Origin: Rhodanobacteraceae bacterium
GTDB taxonomy: Bacteria; Pseudomonadota; Gammaproteobacteria; Xanthomonadales; Rhodanobacteraceae
Length of the DNA: 64,000 bases
Direction: 5' to 3'
Assembly (NCBI GenBank): GCA_035695065.1
Contig: DASSEW010000007.1
Span: 8,525-72,524, forward strand
Shown: piece after piece, positions 1-8,725 of the stretch
Position numbering within the stretch: position 1 is the first letter of the stretch
Layout of the letters: every line of letters starts with the position of its first letter
The notes under the pieces: model-generated
Told to the model about the DNA's origin: nothing
The model's database searches: none
What the model saw: only the letters and a program-made list of their open reading frames with translations
Position numbers and translations under genes: made by a program

Positions 1-444
1 CGCGCCGCCGTCGCGCAAATCATCGCGGTCCACCGAGGTGATCACGACATAGCGCAGGCCCATGTCGCGGATGGTGTGCGCCAGCCGGATCGGTTCCAGC
101 GGATCGGGCGGTTTGGGCCGGCCGTGCGCGACGTCGCAGAACGAGCAACGGCGCGTGCAGACCTCGCCCAGGATCATGAAGGTCGCGGTGCCCTTGCTGA
201 AGCATTCGTGGATGTTCGGGCAGGAGGCTTCTTCGCAGACCGTGACCAGCGCGTTCGCGCGCAGCTTCGCCTTCAACTGCTGCACGGCGTTGCCCTGCGG
301 CAGTCGCACGCGAATCCACGAAGGCTTGCGCAGCGTCGGGGCGTCGGCGTCGAACTGCGCGCGGTTGCGCGCGATCTTGTCCTCGCCCGCGAGCTTCTCG
401 CCGGCAACGATGATGGGGATGCGTGTGGAAGTGGATTCGCTCAT
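1..444 (-). CDS. lipA: lipoyl synthase LipA, N-terminal part only (gene runs off the window start)
   Basis: Absent from the ORF track because it is open at the window edge. My translation of the minus strand from ATG (444-442) gives [31 protein letters not shown]...[14 protein letters not shown]...[18 protein letters not shown]...[16 protein letters not shown]. It shows the radical-SAM CxxxCxxC motif and the N-terminal Cys cluster of LipA. ATGA overlap with the lipB stop. Confidence 0.93.
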   Translation of the reverse strand, partial: MSESTSTRIPIIVAGEKLAGEDKIARNRAQFDADAPTLRKPSWIRVRLPQGNAVQQLKAKLRANALVTVCEEASCPNIHECFSKGTATFMILGEVCTRRCSFCDVAHGRPKPPDPLEPIRLAHTIRDMGLRYVVITSVDRDDLRDGGA

Positions 445-1160
445 GCGCTCACGCGGCGATCCGGGCGAGGATCAGCCGATCCGGGTTGGACAATGGGAGG
501 CAACACAGGTTCAACGGCGCGCGGATCCAGGTCGAACTGGCGACACAGTTCCGTCACCAGCACATCCTCGACCTGGCGCAGCGACGATGCACCGCCCCAG
601 TCTACCAGCTGCGTGACCTGCAGGCCCTGGTAGCCACAGGGGTTGATGCGCCGGAACGGCTCCAGGTCCATGTCGATGTTGAAGGCCAGCCCGTGAAAGG
701 TGCAGCCGCGCCGCACCCTCAGTCCCAACGCGGCGATCTTGGCATCGTTGACGTACACGCCCGGCGCGCCCTGCCGGCGCACGGCTTCGATGTTCCAGTG
801 CGCCAGCGTATCGATGAGGGCCTGCTCGATCCGGCAGACGAGGTCGCGCACGCCGATCCCGAGCCGGCGCAGGTCCAGCAACGGATAGGCCACGATCTGG
901 CCGGGGCCGTGGTAGGTCACCTGGCCGCCGCGGTCCACCGGGACCACCGGGATGTCGCCCGGCGCCAGCACGTGTTCCATCCTGCCGGCCTGGCCCAGCG
1001 TGAAGACCGGATCGTGTTCCAGCAGCCACAACTCGTCCGGCGTGTCCGCATCGCGGGCATCGGTGAAGGCGCGCATGGCCTGCCAGACGGGCGCGTAGGG
1101 CTGGCGGCCCAGTTGGCGGACGAGCAGGGGGGGACAGGAGGTGGAAGGTGGGGATGACAT
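441..1160 (-). CDS. lipB: octanoyltransferase LipB
   Basis: ORF 441..1292. The body ([59 protein letters not shown]) is LipB-like. Start set at ATG 1160 (MSSPPSTS). The longer ORF start lies inside a repeat element. Confidence 0.92.
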   Translation of the reverse strand: MSSPPSTSCPPLLVRQLGRQPYAPVWQAMRAFTDARDADTPDELWLLEHDPVFTLGQAGRMEHVLAPGDIPVVPVDRGGQVTYHGPGQIVAYPLLDLRRLGIGVRDLVCRIEQALIDTLAHWNIEAVRRQGAPGVYVNDAKIAALGLRVRRGCTFHGLAFNIDMDLEPFRRINPCGYQGLQVTQLVDWGGASSLRQVEDVLVTELCRQFDLDPRAVEPVLPPIVQPGSADPRPDRRVSA

Positions 1161-1173
1161 CGTCAATGCTGTT

Positions 1174-1286
1174 CCCTTCCACCGCTTGCGGGGGAAGGTG
1201 CCGAAGGCGGATGGGGGAAATACTCGCGATATTTTCGCACGGTTCCCCTCACCCCAATCCCCTCTCCCGCAAGCGGGAGAGGGGTT
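1174..1286. repeat. bipartite GC-rich palindromic repeat element, intergenic copy
   Basis: Layout: CCTTCCACCGCTTGCGGGGGAAGG hairpin + GTGCCGAAGGCGGATGGGGG, then a spacer, then CCCCTCACCCCAATCCCCTCTCCCGC-AA-GCGGGAGAGGGG hairpin. Same module order (reverse orientation) and about 80 percent similar by eye to the copies at 14517-14647 and 15874-15980. Confidence 0.7.
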
Positions 1287-1288
1287 CA

Positions 1289-1576
1289 TCACAACGTATA
1301 CCGGATATCGGGATCGGCCCGCAGCGCGGCGTGCGCGGCTTCGTACTTTTCGCGCGAGGGGCAGGTGAAACCCGCGGTGACCGAAACGTAATTGCCTTCG
1401 CGCGACGGCCGCTCGCGCAGGCTGGCGTCCAGCACGCTCAGGCCGAGGCCGCGCAGGATTTCCGGCACGCGCTCGCGCAGGTTGGCGCCCGCATTGCCCA
1501 TCGCGGTGATTTCGAAGCTGCCGGGAAACTGGAAGCCCTGGCCCTCTTGGGGCGTGATGTTGTCTAGATCGCGCAT
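1289..1576 (-). CDS. ybeD: YbeD/DUF493 family protein
   Basis: ORF 1289..1582. [27 protein letters not shown]...[12 protein letters not shown] matches the YbeD size and pattern, in the conserved position between dacC and lipB. ATG at 1576 preferred over the TTG at 1582. Confidence 0.85.
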   Translation of the reverse strand: MRDLDNITPQEGQGFQFPGSFEITAMGNAGANLRERVPEILRGLGLSVLDASLRERPSREGNYVSVTAGFTCPSREKYEAAHAALRADPDIRYTL

Positions 1577-1635
1577 GGACAATAAATCGTGGCGCTCACC
1601 CGGGATTTAAAGGCGGGCGCCACTGCGGAAGCAAT

Positions 1636-1664
1636 GCCGTTCGTGCCGCGACGGCACGAACGGC
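1636..1664 (-). terminator. 13-bp perfect hairpin downstream of dacC (possible terminator; no U-tract)
   Basis: GCCGTTCGTGCCG-cga-CGGCACGAACGGC lies 7 nt after the dacC stop. It lacks a clear T-run, so its function is uncertain. Confidence 0.35.
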
Positions 1665-1670
1665 TTCACG

Positions 1671-2966
1671 TCACTGCGTATTCGGCGTGACCGCGGTCGG
1701 CTGCGCCACCGTCACGCTCGGCGCGTTGGTGGTGGTGGTGCCGGTGTCCTTGCCGTGGAACCACAGCAGGATCGCATCCCACAGGCGCTTGAAGAAGCCG
1801 CCCTGCGGCGCGTCCTGCAAGGTGACGAGTGGCGCGTCCAGCACGCTCTTGCCGTCCAGCGTGACGTGCAGCATGCCGACCTGCTGGCCCTGCTTGAACG
1901 GCGCGACCAGCCGCGCCGGCATGTCCAGCGTGGCCTTCAGCTGGTCGTACTTACCGCGCGGAATGGTCAGCACCGCGTCGTGGGCGAGGCCGAGCGGCAG
2001 CGTGTTGCTCTCGCCCTTCCACAGTTTCGGCGCGGCCAGCGGCTTGCCGGCGGCATAGAGATCATGGGTTTCGTAGAAGCGAAAGCCGTATTCGAGCAGC
2101 GCTTCGGCATCATCCGCGCGCGCCCGGTCGGTCGGCGCACCCATCACCACCGCGATCATGCGCGCATCGCCGCGCCTGGCCGAAGCGGCGAGGCAGAAGC
2201 CCGCCTCCGCGGTGTGGCCGGTCTTGATGCCGTCCACGCTGGCATCGCGCCACAGCAGCGTGTTGCGGTTGTGCTGGGTGATGCCGTTCCACTGGAACTC
2301 CTTCACCGCCGAGATCTTGTAGTCATCCGGAAAATCGTGGATCAGCGCGCGCGAAAGCACGGCGATGTCGCGCGCGGTGCTGTAGTGGTCGGCAACCGGG
2401 TAACCGGACGCATTGACAAAATGCGTGTTGGTCATGCCCAGCCGCTGCGCGTAGGCGTTCATCAGCCCGGCGAAAGTGTCCTCGGAGCCGGCCACGTGTT
2501 CGGCCAGCGCGATCGCGGCGTCGTTGCCGGACTGGATGATCATGCCGTACAGCAGGTCCTTCAGCGGCACCTTCGAGTTCACCGCGAGGAAGCTGGTGGA
2601 GCCGTCGGTGCCCGCGCCGCCCGCTTTCCAGGCGTGCTCGCTGATGAACACCGGATCGTCCATGTGCACCTTGCCGCCGGCGATCTCGGCCGACACCACG
2701 TAGTCGGTCATGATCTTGGTGAGCGAGGCCGGCTGCTCGCGCTGGTCGGCATTGTGCGAAGCCAGGATCTGCCCGCTGGTGTAGTCCATCAGCACCCAGC
2801 TGTGCGCGTCGAAGCTCGGCGGCGGCGGAATCGGCGCCTGCGGGATCGGGATCGCGGTCGGCTTGGGCGGCAGCTGCGTCGCCGGTTTCGGCGGCAGCGC
2901 CTGGGCGAGGACGACGCCCGAGAAGGCGAATGCGGAAAGGATCAACAGCTGACGCAAAAGTTTCAT
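1671..2966 (-). CDS. dacC: D-alanyl-D-alanine carboxypeptidase (PBP5/6 class)
   Basis: ORF 1671..3101. Signal peptide MKLLRQLLILSAFAFSGVVLA from ATG 2966. SxxK (ASLTKIM), SGN (QSGNDAA) and KTG (IKTGHT) motifs present. Confidence 0.92.
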   Translation of the reverse strand: MKLLRQLLILSAFAFSGVVLAQALPPKPATQLPPKPTAIPIPQAPIPPPPSFDAHSWVLMDYTSGQILASHNADQREQPASLTKIMTDYVVSAEIAGGKVHMDDPVFISEHAWKAGGAGTDGSTSFLAVNSKVPLKDLLYGMIIQSGNDAAIALAEHVAGSEDTFAGLMNAYAQRLGMTNTHFVNASGYPVADHYSTARDIAVLSRALIHDFPDDYKISAVKEFQWNGITQHNRNTLLWRDASVDGIKTGHTAEAGFCLAASARRGDARMIAVVMGAPTDRARADDAEALLEYGFRFYETHDLYAAGKPLAAPKLWKGESNTLPLGLAHDAVLTIPRGKYDQLKATLDMPARLVAPFKQGQQVGMLHVTLDGKSVLDAPLVTLQDAPQGGFFKRLWDAILLWFHGKDTGTTTTNAPSVTVAQPTAVTPNTQ

Positions 2967-3002
2967 TCGTGGTTCCCGGTGAAGTGGGAGTTGGTGGTCC
3001 GG

Positions 3003-3074
3003 CCGTTCGTGGTGAGGTATCGAACCACGAACGACGTTCTTGCCATTCGTCCTTCGATACCTCAGGACGAACGG
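3003..3074. repeat. twin inverted hairpin repeat (REP-like)
   Basis: CCGTTCGTGGTgaggtatcgaACCACGAACG (3003-3033) and CCATTCGTCCTtcgatacctcAGGACGAACGG (3043-3074). The two loops are reverse complements of each other. Located in the rlpA/dacC spacer. Confidence 0.5.
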
Positions 3075-3107
3075 CTGCTGATCCTTCAGAGGCGGGCGCA
3101 AAAGCCG

Positions 3108-4031
3108 CTACTGTACTGCGACCTGCGCGTGCGGCAAACCGAGTGCCTCGATTTTTTCCGTGACGCGATCGGCCGTGTCCACATCGGCCAGCGGGCCGAT
3201 CTGCACGCGCTTGAGGTTCCTTCCGCCGACCTGCGCATCCACCACGCGCACGCTGCCGACATCCTGCCCGCGCAATCGTTGCGCCAACCTTTCGGCATTG
3301 GCCGGATCGCCGAACGCGCCCACCTGCAGGTACAGCTTCGGCGGACCGCCTGCCTGTGCTGTGACCGTGGCCGGCAGCTCGGGTTCCCGATTCCAGCGCG
3401 CGGGATCGATGCCCTGCACTTCGACCAGGCCCGTGCCCTTGGGCCAGATGCCGATCCGCACCGCAGCGGCATAGGACAGGTCGATGATGCGATTCTCCGC
3501 GAACGGGCCGCGATCGTTGATGCGCACGATCACGCTTTTGCCGTTCTCAAGGTTGGTGACGCGCGCATAGCTCGGCAGCGGCAGCACCTTGCTGGCCGCG
3601 CTGAAGGCGTACATGTCGTACTTCTCGAAATCGCTCGTCATGTAGCCATGGAACTTGGTGCCGTAGTAGGACGCGATGCCGCGCTCGTCGTAACCGGCCG
3701 CGGTCGGCAGCACGTAATAGGTGCGACCACGCACGCTGTAGGGCGACTTGTTGCCGTAGCGCGCGCGCGGCTCGGCCTTCGGCACCGGCTCCGGCAAGGA
3801 GGCGATGTCGATGCCCGCGCCGTCGGGGGTGGAATCGTCCTGTTGCCGGTAGCGGCGCGATTGCGGCAATTCCACGTCGTCGCGGATTTCGTCCGGCGAG
3901 GATTGCGTGCCGTTCGAGGTTCCAGGCGAGATGCCGCGGCGCGCCTGCTCGCGCGTCGGCGAAGTACCGCAGGCGGCGAGCATTCCGCAAACGACCGCGA
4001 CCAGCGCGAGCCGCGCGTCGCGCGAGCTCAT
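3108..4031 (-). CDS. rlpA: septal ring lytic transglycosylase RlpA (DPBB + SPOR domains), lipoprotein
   Basis: ORF 3108..4367; start at ATG 4031 (MSSRDARLALVAVVCGMLAACG lipobox). DPBB core YYGTKFHGYMTSDFEKYD...ARVTNLENGKSVIVRINDRGPF. C-terminal SPOR-like LYLQVGAFGDPANAERLAQRL. Confidence 0.9.
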   Translation of the reverse strand: MSSRDARLALVAVVCGMLAACGTSPTREQARRGISPGTSNGTQSSPDEIRDDVELPQSRRYRQQDDSTPDGAGIDIASLPEPVPKAEPRARYGNKSPYSVRGRTYYVLPTAAGYDERGIASYYGTKFHGYMTSDFEKYDMYAFSAASKVLPLPSYARVTNLENGKSVIVRINDRGPFAENRIIDLSYAAAVRIGIWPKGTGLVEVQGIDPARWNREPELPATVTAQAGGPPKLYLQVGAFGDPANAERLAQRLRGQDVGSVRVVDAQVGGRNLKRVQIGPLADVDTADRVTEKIEALGLPHAQVAVQ

Positions 4032-5059
4032 CGCCGCACGTCCGCCGCCGCCGTCTCCATCGGCTGCGCCGCACCTTGTTCGATTTCCTGCGCCAGCTGC
4101 ATCACGGCCATCGCGTAACGCGGGCTCTTGTTGTAGCGGGTGATCACGTAGAAGTTCTGGAAGGTGAGCCAGTATTCCGCGCCGGCCTCGCCCTGCAAGG
4201 TCAGCAGGCTGGCGGGCAGACCCGGATTCACCGCCGTGCTCGGTGCATAGCCCGCGGCCGTGAACTGCTCCACGGATGCGGTCGGCGGCGTGCCCGCGAA
4301 CTCGGGCACCGGATCCGGCGCCGCGCCCTGCAATGCGCGCAGCGCGACCGGCGCGTCCTTTTCCCAACCGTGCTGCGCAAAATAGTTCGCCACGCTCGCG
4401 ACGATGTCGGGCAGCGAATTCATCAGGTCGATGCGGCTGTCGCCATCCTCGTCCACCGCGTAATCGCGGATGCTGGAGGGCATGAACTGGCCCCAGCCCT
4501 GCGCGCCGGCATAGGAACCCTGCAGGGTGTCGATCGGGCCCGCCAGCTTGTCGGCCGGCAGCTCCAGCAGCGTCTTCAACTCGCTGCGGAAATACGCCGC
4601 GCGCGGCGGATAGTGGAAGGCCAGCGTGACCAGCGCATCCAGCACGCGGTAGTGGCCGGTGATCTTTCCGTAATTGGTTTCGACGCCGATGATGGCGATG
4701 ATGATCGGCGCCGGCACGCCGTACTGCGCGCTGACGCGATCAAGCAGCGCGCGGTGCTCGTTGTAGAACGCGATGCCGCCGTCGATCCGCGCATCGGTCA
4801 GGAAGATCGGCCGGTACTCGCTCCACGGCTTCGATTCTGCCGGCCGCGTCATCGCATCGATGATGCCCTGCTTGTATTGCGCGCCATCCAGCAATTTCGT
4901 CAGCGCGACCGGATCCTTGCCGGTATCGGCCGCGACTTCCGCGACCAGCGCGGCCTCGCCCGGATGCACTTCGGGACGCACTGTCGAAACCGGCTGCTGC
5001 GCGCAGGCGACGCAAGGCAGGAACAACAACGCGACGAGCAAAAACGAGAACCGGATCAT
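4028..5059 (-). CDS. mltB: lytic murein transglycosylase B
   Basis: C-terminal 343 aa of ORF 4028..6328, from ATG 5059 (MIRFSFLLVALLFLPCVACA). GVETNYGKITG catalytic region and GSYAGAQGWGQFMPSS motif. ATGA overlap with the rlpA start. Confidence 0.9.
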   Translation of the reverse strand: MIRFSFLLVALLFLPCVACAQQPVSTVRPEVHPGEAALVAEVAADTGKDPVALTKLLDGAQYKQGIIDAMTRPAESKPWSEYRPIFLTDARIDGGIAFYNEHRALLDRVSAQYGVPAPIIIAIIGVETNYGKITGHYRVLDALVTLAFHYPPRAAYFRSELKTLLELPADKLAGPIDTLQGSYAGAQGWGQFMPSSIRDYAVDEDGDSRIDLMNSLPDIVASVANYFAQHGWEKDAPVALRALQGAAPDPVPEFAGTPPTASVEQFTAAGYAPSTAVNPGLPASLLTLQGEAGAEYWLTFQNFYVITRYNKSPRYAMAVMQLAQEIEQGAAQPMETAAADVRR

Positions 5060-5109
5060 GCCGGCAGAGACTAGCACGCGTGCCGGATTGTTCAATGGCG
5101 AACAGCGCG

Positions 5110-6234
5110 TCAGCCGGTGAACTTCCGGTGCGCGTGGATGGACATCAGCACGCCGAATCCGCACAGCAGCGTGACGGCCGAGGTGCCGCCGTAGGAGATC
5201 AGCGGCAGCGGCACGCCGACCACGGGCAGCAGGCCGGTGATCATGCCGCCGTTGACCATCACGTAGACGAAGAAGCTCATGCCGATCGCGCCGGCGAGCA
5301 GGCGCGAATAGGTGTCGCGCGCATTCGCCGCGATCCACAGGCAGCGGCCGACGATGAACGCGTACAGTGCGAGCAGCAGCAACACGCCGACCAGGCCGAA
5401 CTCCTCCGAGAACACCGCGAATATGAAGTCGGTGGTGTGCTCGGGCAGGAACTCCAGCCGCGACTGCGTGCCGTGGTGCCAGCCCTTGCCGAACACGCCG
5501 CCGGAACCGACCGCGATCATCGACTGGATGATGTGCCAGCCATTGCCGAGCGGATCGTTTTCCGGATGCAGGAAGGTCAGCACGCGCTGGCGCTGGTAGT
5601 CGTGCAGGAAATGCCAGGCGACCGGCGCCGCGCCGGCGAGCGCGCCGAGCATCAATCCGATCCGCCACCACGCGATGCCTGACAGGAACAATACGAAGAC
5701 GCCCGCGGCGGCGACCAGCAGCGCGGTGCCGAGGTCCGGCTGTTTGGCGATCAGCGCGGAAGGAATCGCGATCAGCAGCCCGACCACCGCGATGTCCTTC
5801 CAGCCCGGCGGCAGGTGGCGCGGGTGCAGGTACCACGCGATCATCATCGGCATCGAGAGCTTCAGGAACTCCGAGGGCTGGAAGCGGATCACGCCGAGAT
5901 CCAGCCAGCGGTTGGCGCCGCGGCCTTCGCCCAGCACCGCCACGATCACCAGCAGGAACGTGCTGAACGCATAGAACCACGGCGTCCAGGTGCGCAACAC
6001 CGTGGGCGGTATGCGCGCGATCACCAGCATCAGGATCGCGCCGAGCACGAAGCGCGCGGCCTGCCCGCCGATCACCGAGAGATCGAGATCGCTGGCGCTG
6101 TACAACGTGACCAGGCCCGTGCAGGCCAGCACGAACAGCGCGCCGGCCAGCGGCAGGTCGATCCGCGCGTGGGTCCACAGGTGGCGGCCGAAGCGCAGCG
6201 CGCGTGCGCGCAAGGTGGCGACGATCGCGTTCAT
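5110..6234 (-). CDS. rodA: rod shape-determining protein RodA (SEDS family)
   Basis: ORF 5110..6234, polytopic membrane protein with FtsW/RodA/SpoVE pattern (PSEFLKL, LLPVVGVPLPLISYGGTS). ATGA overlap with the mrdA stop. Confidence 0.95.
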   Translation of the reverse strand: MNAIVATLRARALRFGRHLWTHARIDLPLAGALFVLACTGLVTLYSASDLDLSVIGGQAARFVLGAILMLVIARIPPTVLRTWTPWFYAFSTFLLVIVAVLGEGRGANRWLDLGVIRFQPSEFLKLSMPMMIAWYLHPRHLPPGWKDIAVVGLLIAIPSALIAKQPDLGTALLVAAAGVFVLFLSGIAWWRIGLMLGALAGAAPVAWHFLHDYQRQRVLTFLHPENDPLGNGWHIIQSMIAVGSGGVFGKGWHHGTQSRLEFLPEHTTDFIFAVFSEEFGLVGVLLLLALYAFIVGRCLWIAANARDTYSRLLAGAIGMSFFVYVMVNGGMITGLLPVVGVPLPLISYGGTSAVTLLCGFGVLMSIHAHRKFTG

Positions 6235-8159
6235 TGCGCAGCCTTCGTTTCAGTTGCAGGCGTGTTGGCACTCGCGGTGACCGTGGTCGGTGGCAGCGCG
6301 GAAGCCGGCTGCTCCGCGAGCCACGCATCCAGCATCTTGCGCGCGATCGGCGCGGCGTCGGAGCCGCCCCAGGCGCCGGCTTCCAGCACCACGGCGATCG
6401 CGATGCGCGGCGAGTCCGCCGGCGTGAAGCAGATGAACCACGCGCGATGACGCGCGGCGAGGATGGCCTTGTCCTTGGTGTCGGTCCACTCGTCGGTCTT
6501 GCGCGAAAAGCGTTCGGCGGTGCCGGTCTTGCCTGCGATCACGTAAGGGAAGCCCTTGCCGATGCCCGCGGAGTACGCGGTGCCCTTCGGATCATTGACC
6601 ACGCCGATCATGCCCTGCAGCACCGCATCGTAATCGGCCGGGTTCCTGATCGCGCCCGGCGCGGAAGGCGGATCGGCCACCAGCTCGAGCGGTGCGTGCA
6701 GGCCGGCGCTGGTGCCGCGCAGCAGGTGCGGCGTGTGCGGCACGCCGCGGTCGGCCAGCATCGCCACCGCGTGCGCGAGCTGCATCGGCGTCACCATCCA
6801 GTAGCCCTGGCCGATGCCGGCGATCACGGTTTCGCCCGCGTACCAGGGCTGGTTGTAGGTCGCGCGCTTCCAGCCCGGCGAAGGCAGCACGCCATTGCTC
6901 TCGGACGGGAGATCCACGCCTGTCACGCTGCCGAAACCGAACTTGGACAGGTAGGCGTCCATCTTGTCGATGCCCATGTCCAGCGCCAGCGAATAGAAAT
7001 ACGTGTTCACCGACTGGATGATCGCCTTGCGCAAATCGGTGACGCCGACGCCGCCCTTGACGTCGTCGCGATAGCCGCGCGAAACGCCCGGGATGTACCA
7101 CGTGCCGGTGGACACCACGGTATCGCTGGGTTTGCGGAAGCCCAGCTCCAGGCCGGCCAGGCCCATGAACGGCTTCACCGTCGAGCCCGGCGGATAGCCG
7201 CCGCGCATCGCGCGATTCAGCAACGGCTTGTCCGGATCGTGGATCAGGTCGGAATAATCGGCCTGGCTGATGCCGTTGACGAACAGGTTGGGATCGAAGC
7301 TCGGCACCGTCACCATCGCCAGCACTTCGCCATTGCGCGGATCGATCGCCACCGCAGCGCCGGGGCGCCCGTCGAACGCGTCGATCGCCGCCTTCTGGAT
7401 GCGCGCGTCGATCGAGAGATACAGGTTCTCGCCCGGCTTCGGCGCCACGCGTTCCAGCACGCGCTGCGGACGCTGGTCGGCGTTCACTTCCACCAGCTCG
7501 TAACCGGGCGTGCCGTGCAGCTTGTCTTCGTAATACTTCTCGATGCCGGACTTGCCGATGTGGGTGGTGCCGGCATAACGATCGGGATCGAGCTTCTCCT
7601 GCTCCTTCTCGTCGATGCGCGCGACGTAGCCGATCACGTGCGCGAACTCGTCGCCGAGCGGATAGTTGCGGGTGAGGTAAGGCACGACGTCCACGCCCGG
7701 GAACTTCCAGGCATTGACCGCGAAGCGATCCATCTCGTCTTCGCTCAGGTGGAATTTCAGCGGCACGCCTTCGAACGGGCGATGTTGTTTCAGGGATTGC
7801 CTGAAACGCTGGATGTCATCATCGGTCAGCGGCACCACCGCCGCCAGCCGCTGCAGCAGCGCATCCATGTGCTTGATCTTGTCCGGCGTCACTTCCAGCC
7901 GGAACGCCGGCACGTTGTCGGCCAGCAGCACGCCGTTGCGGTCGTAGATCAGGCCGCGCGGCGGCGGCAGGTGCCGCAGGTGCACGCGGTTGGCCTGCGA
8001 GCGCGTCGAGAATTCCGCGTGCCGGGTCACCTGCAGATAGAAGAACCGCCCGCCCAGCACGGTCAGCGCAAGCACGATCAGCGCGAAGCCGGCCAGCGCG
8101 CGCCGACCGAAATGTGCAGCTTCGCGGTGGTTGTCCTTGAGGGTGCGGCGGGCTTTCAT
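6231..8159 (-). CDS. mrdA: penicillin-binding protein 2 (elongasome transpeptidase)
   Basis: ORF 6231..8159. N-terminal TM, SxxK (GSTVKPF), SxN (QSVNTYF) and KTG (GKTGTAE) motifs. Conserved mreBCD-mrdA-rodA order. Confidence 0.95.
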   Translation of the reverse strand: MKARRTLKDNHREAAHFGRRALAGFALIVLALTVLGGRFFYLQVTRHAEFSTRSQANRVHLRHLPPPRGLIYDRNGVLLADNVPAFRLEVTPDKIKHMDALLQRLAAVVPLTDDDIQRFRQSLKQHRPFEGVPLKFHLSEDEMDRFAVNAWKFPGVDVVPYLTRNYPLGDEFAHVIGYVARIDEKEQEKLDPDRYAGTTHIGKSGIEKYYEDKLHGTPGYELVEVNADQRPQRVLERVAPKPGENLYLSIDARIQKAAIDAFDGRPGAAVAIDPRNGEVLAMVTVPSFDPNLFVNGISQADYSDLIHDPDKPLLNRAMRGGYPPGSTVKPFMGLAGLELGFRKPSDTVVSTGTWYIPGVSRGYRDDVKGGVGVTDLRKAIIQSVNTYFYSLALDMGIDKMDAYLSKFGFGSVTGVDLPSESNGVLPSPGWKRATYNQPWYAGETVIAGIGQGYWMVTPMQLAHAVAMLADRGVPHTPHLLRGTSAGLHAPLELVADPPSAPGAIRNPADYDAVLQGMIGVVNDPKGTAYSAGIGKGFPYVIAGKTGTAERFSRKTDEWTDTKDKAILAARHRAWFICFTPADSPRIAIAVVLEAGAWGGSDAAPIARKMLDAWLAEQPASALPPTTVTASANTPATETKAAQ

Positions 8160-8170
8160 TGTTCAAGTTC

Positions 8171-8239
8171 CGTAGGGCGGACACTGTCCGCCTTCGCGCA
8201 TCGCCTTTCGGCGACCGGCGGGCACTGCCCGCCCTACGC
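8171..8239. repeat. REP pair of the GTAGGGCGG type
   Basis: CGTAGGGCGGACACTGTCCGCC (8171-8192) and GGCGGGCACTGCCCGCCCTACG (8218-8239) form an inverted pair, each with an internal palindrome. Same family as 37951-38001. Overlaps the mreD stop codon. Confidence 0.6.
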
Positions 8240-8725
8240 TTCTTTCGCGCGCAAGCGCGCTCTCACATCGTCGATCAGCAGGAACACGAACGGCCACGCG
8301 ATCGTGCCGGTGAGCGGCGCCAGCCAGAAACTCGCCGGCGGCCGCGGATCGCCCGCGAACAACCGCACCAGCAACAGCAGGATGCGATCGTTCAACAACA
8401 GCACCAGCACCGCCAGCGCCTGCTGCCACATCGGGAAGAACCGCAGCCGCGCGCGGAAGCGCAACACGATGAAGGTGAGCGCGGCGAGCCGCAGCGCCTG
8501 CTCGCCGAGCAGCGCACCGTCGAGCAGATCCGCGGCGAGGCCGACCAGGAATGCAAGGCCGATGCTGGCGCGATCGGGTGCTTCCAGCGACCAGTAGATC
8601 AGCACCAGCGCCGGCCAGTACGGCTTCAGCGGTGCCAGTGCCTGCGGCAGCGGCATCAGCATGAGCAACAACGCGCTGATGAGACTGCCGGCGAAAATCC
8701 AGAACTGGGTGCGTTGCTTGTTCAT
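8234..8725 (-). CDS. mreD: rod shape-determining protein MreD
   Basis: ORF 8234..8725, 163 aa, multi-TM, immediately downstream of mreC with a 4-nt overlap. Size and position are typical of MreD. Confidence 0.88.
   Translation of the reverse strand: MNKQRTQFWIFAGSLISALLLMLMPLPQALAPLKPYWPALVLIYWSLEAPDRASIGLAFLVGLAADLLDGALLGEQALRLAALTFIVLRFRARLRFFPMWQQALAVLVLLLNDRILLLLVRLFAGDPRPPASFWLAPLTGTIAWPFVFLLIDDVRARLRAKEA

Noticed and set aside
1755-4118. 787-aa plus-strand ORF
   Set aside because: It is antisense to dacC and rlpA, has Arg/Ala-rich low-information sequence, and spans an intergenic repeat. It is a high-GC artefact.
4028-6328. 766-aa ORF suggesting a giant MltB fusion
   Set aside because: Only the C-terminal 343 aa (from MIRFSFLL at 5059) are MltB-like and carry a signal peptide. 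The upstream part overlaps rodA in another frame and is Arg-rich noise.
6204-8597. 797-aa plus-strand ORF
   Set aside because: It is antisense to mrdA and mreD, which have unambiguous PBP2 motifs. It is an artefact of GC-rich antisense frames.
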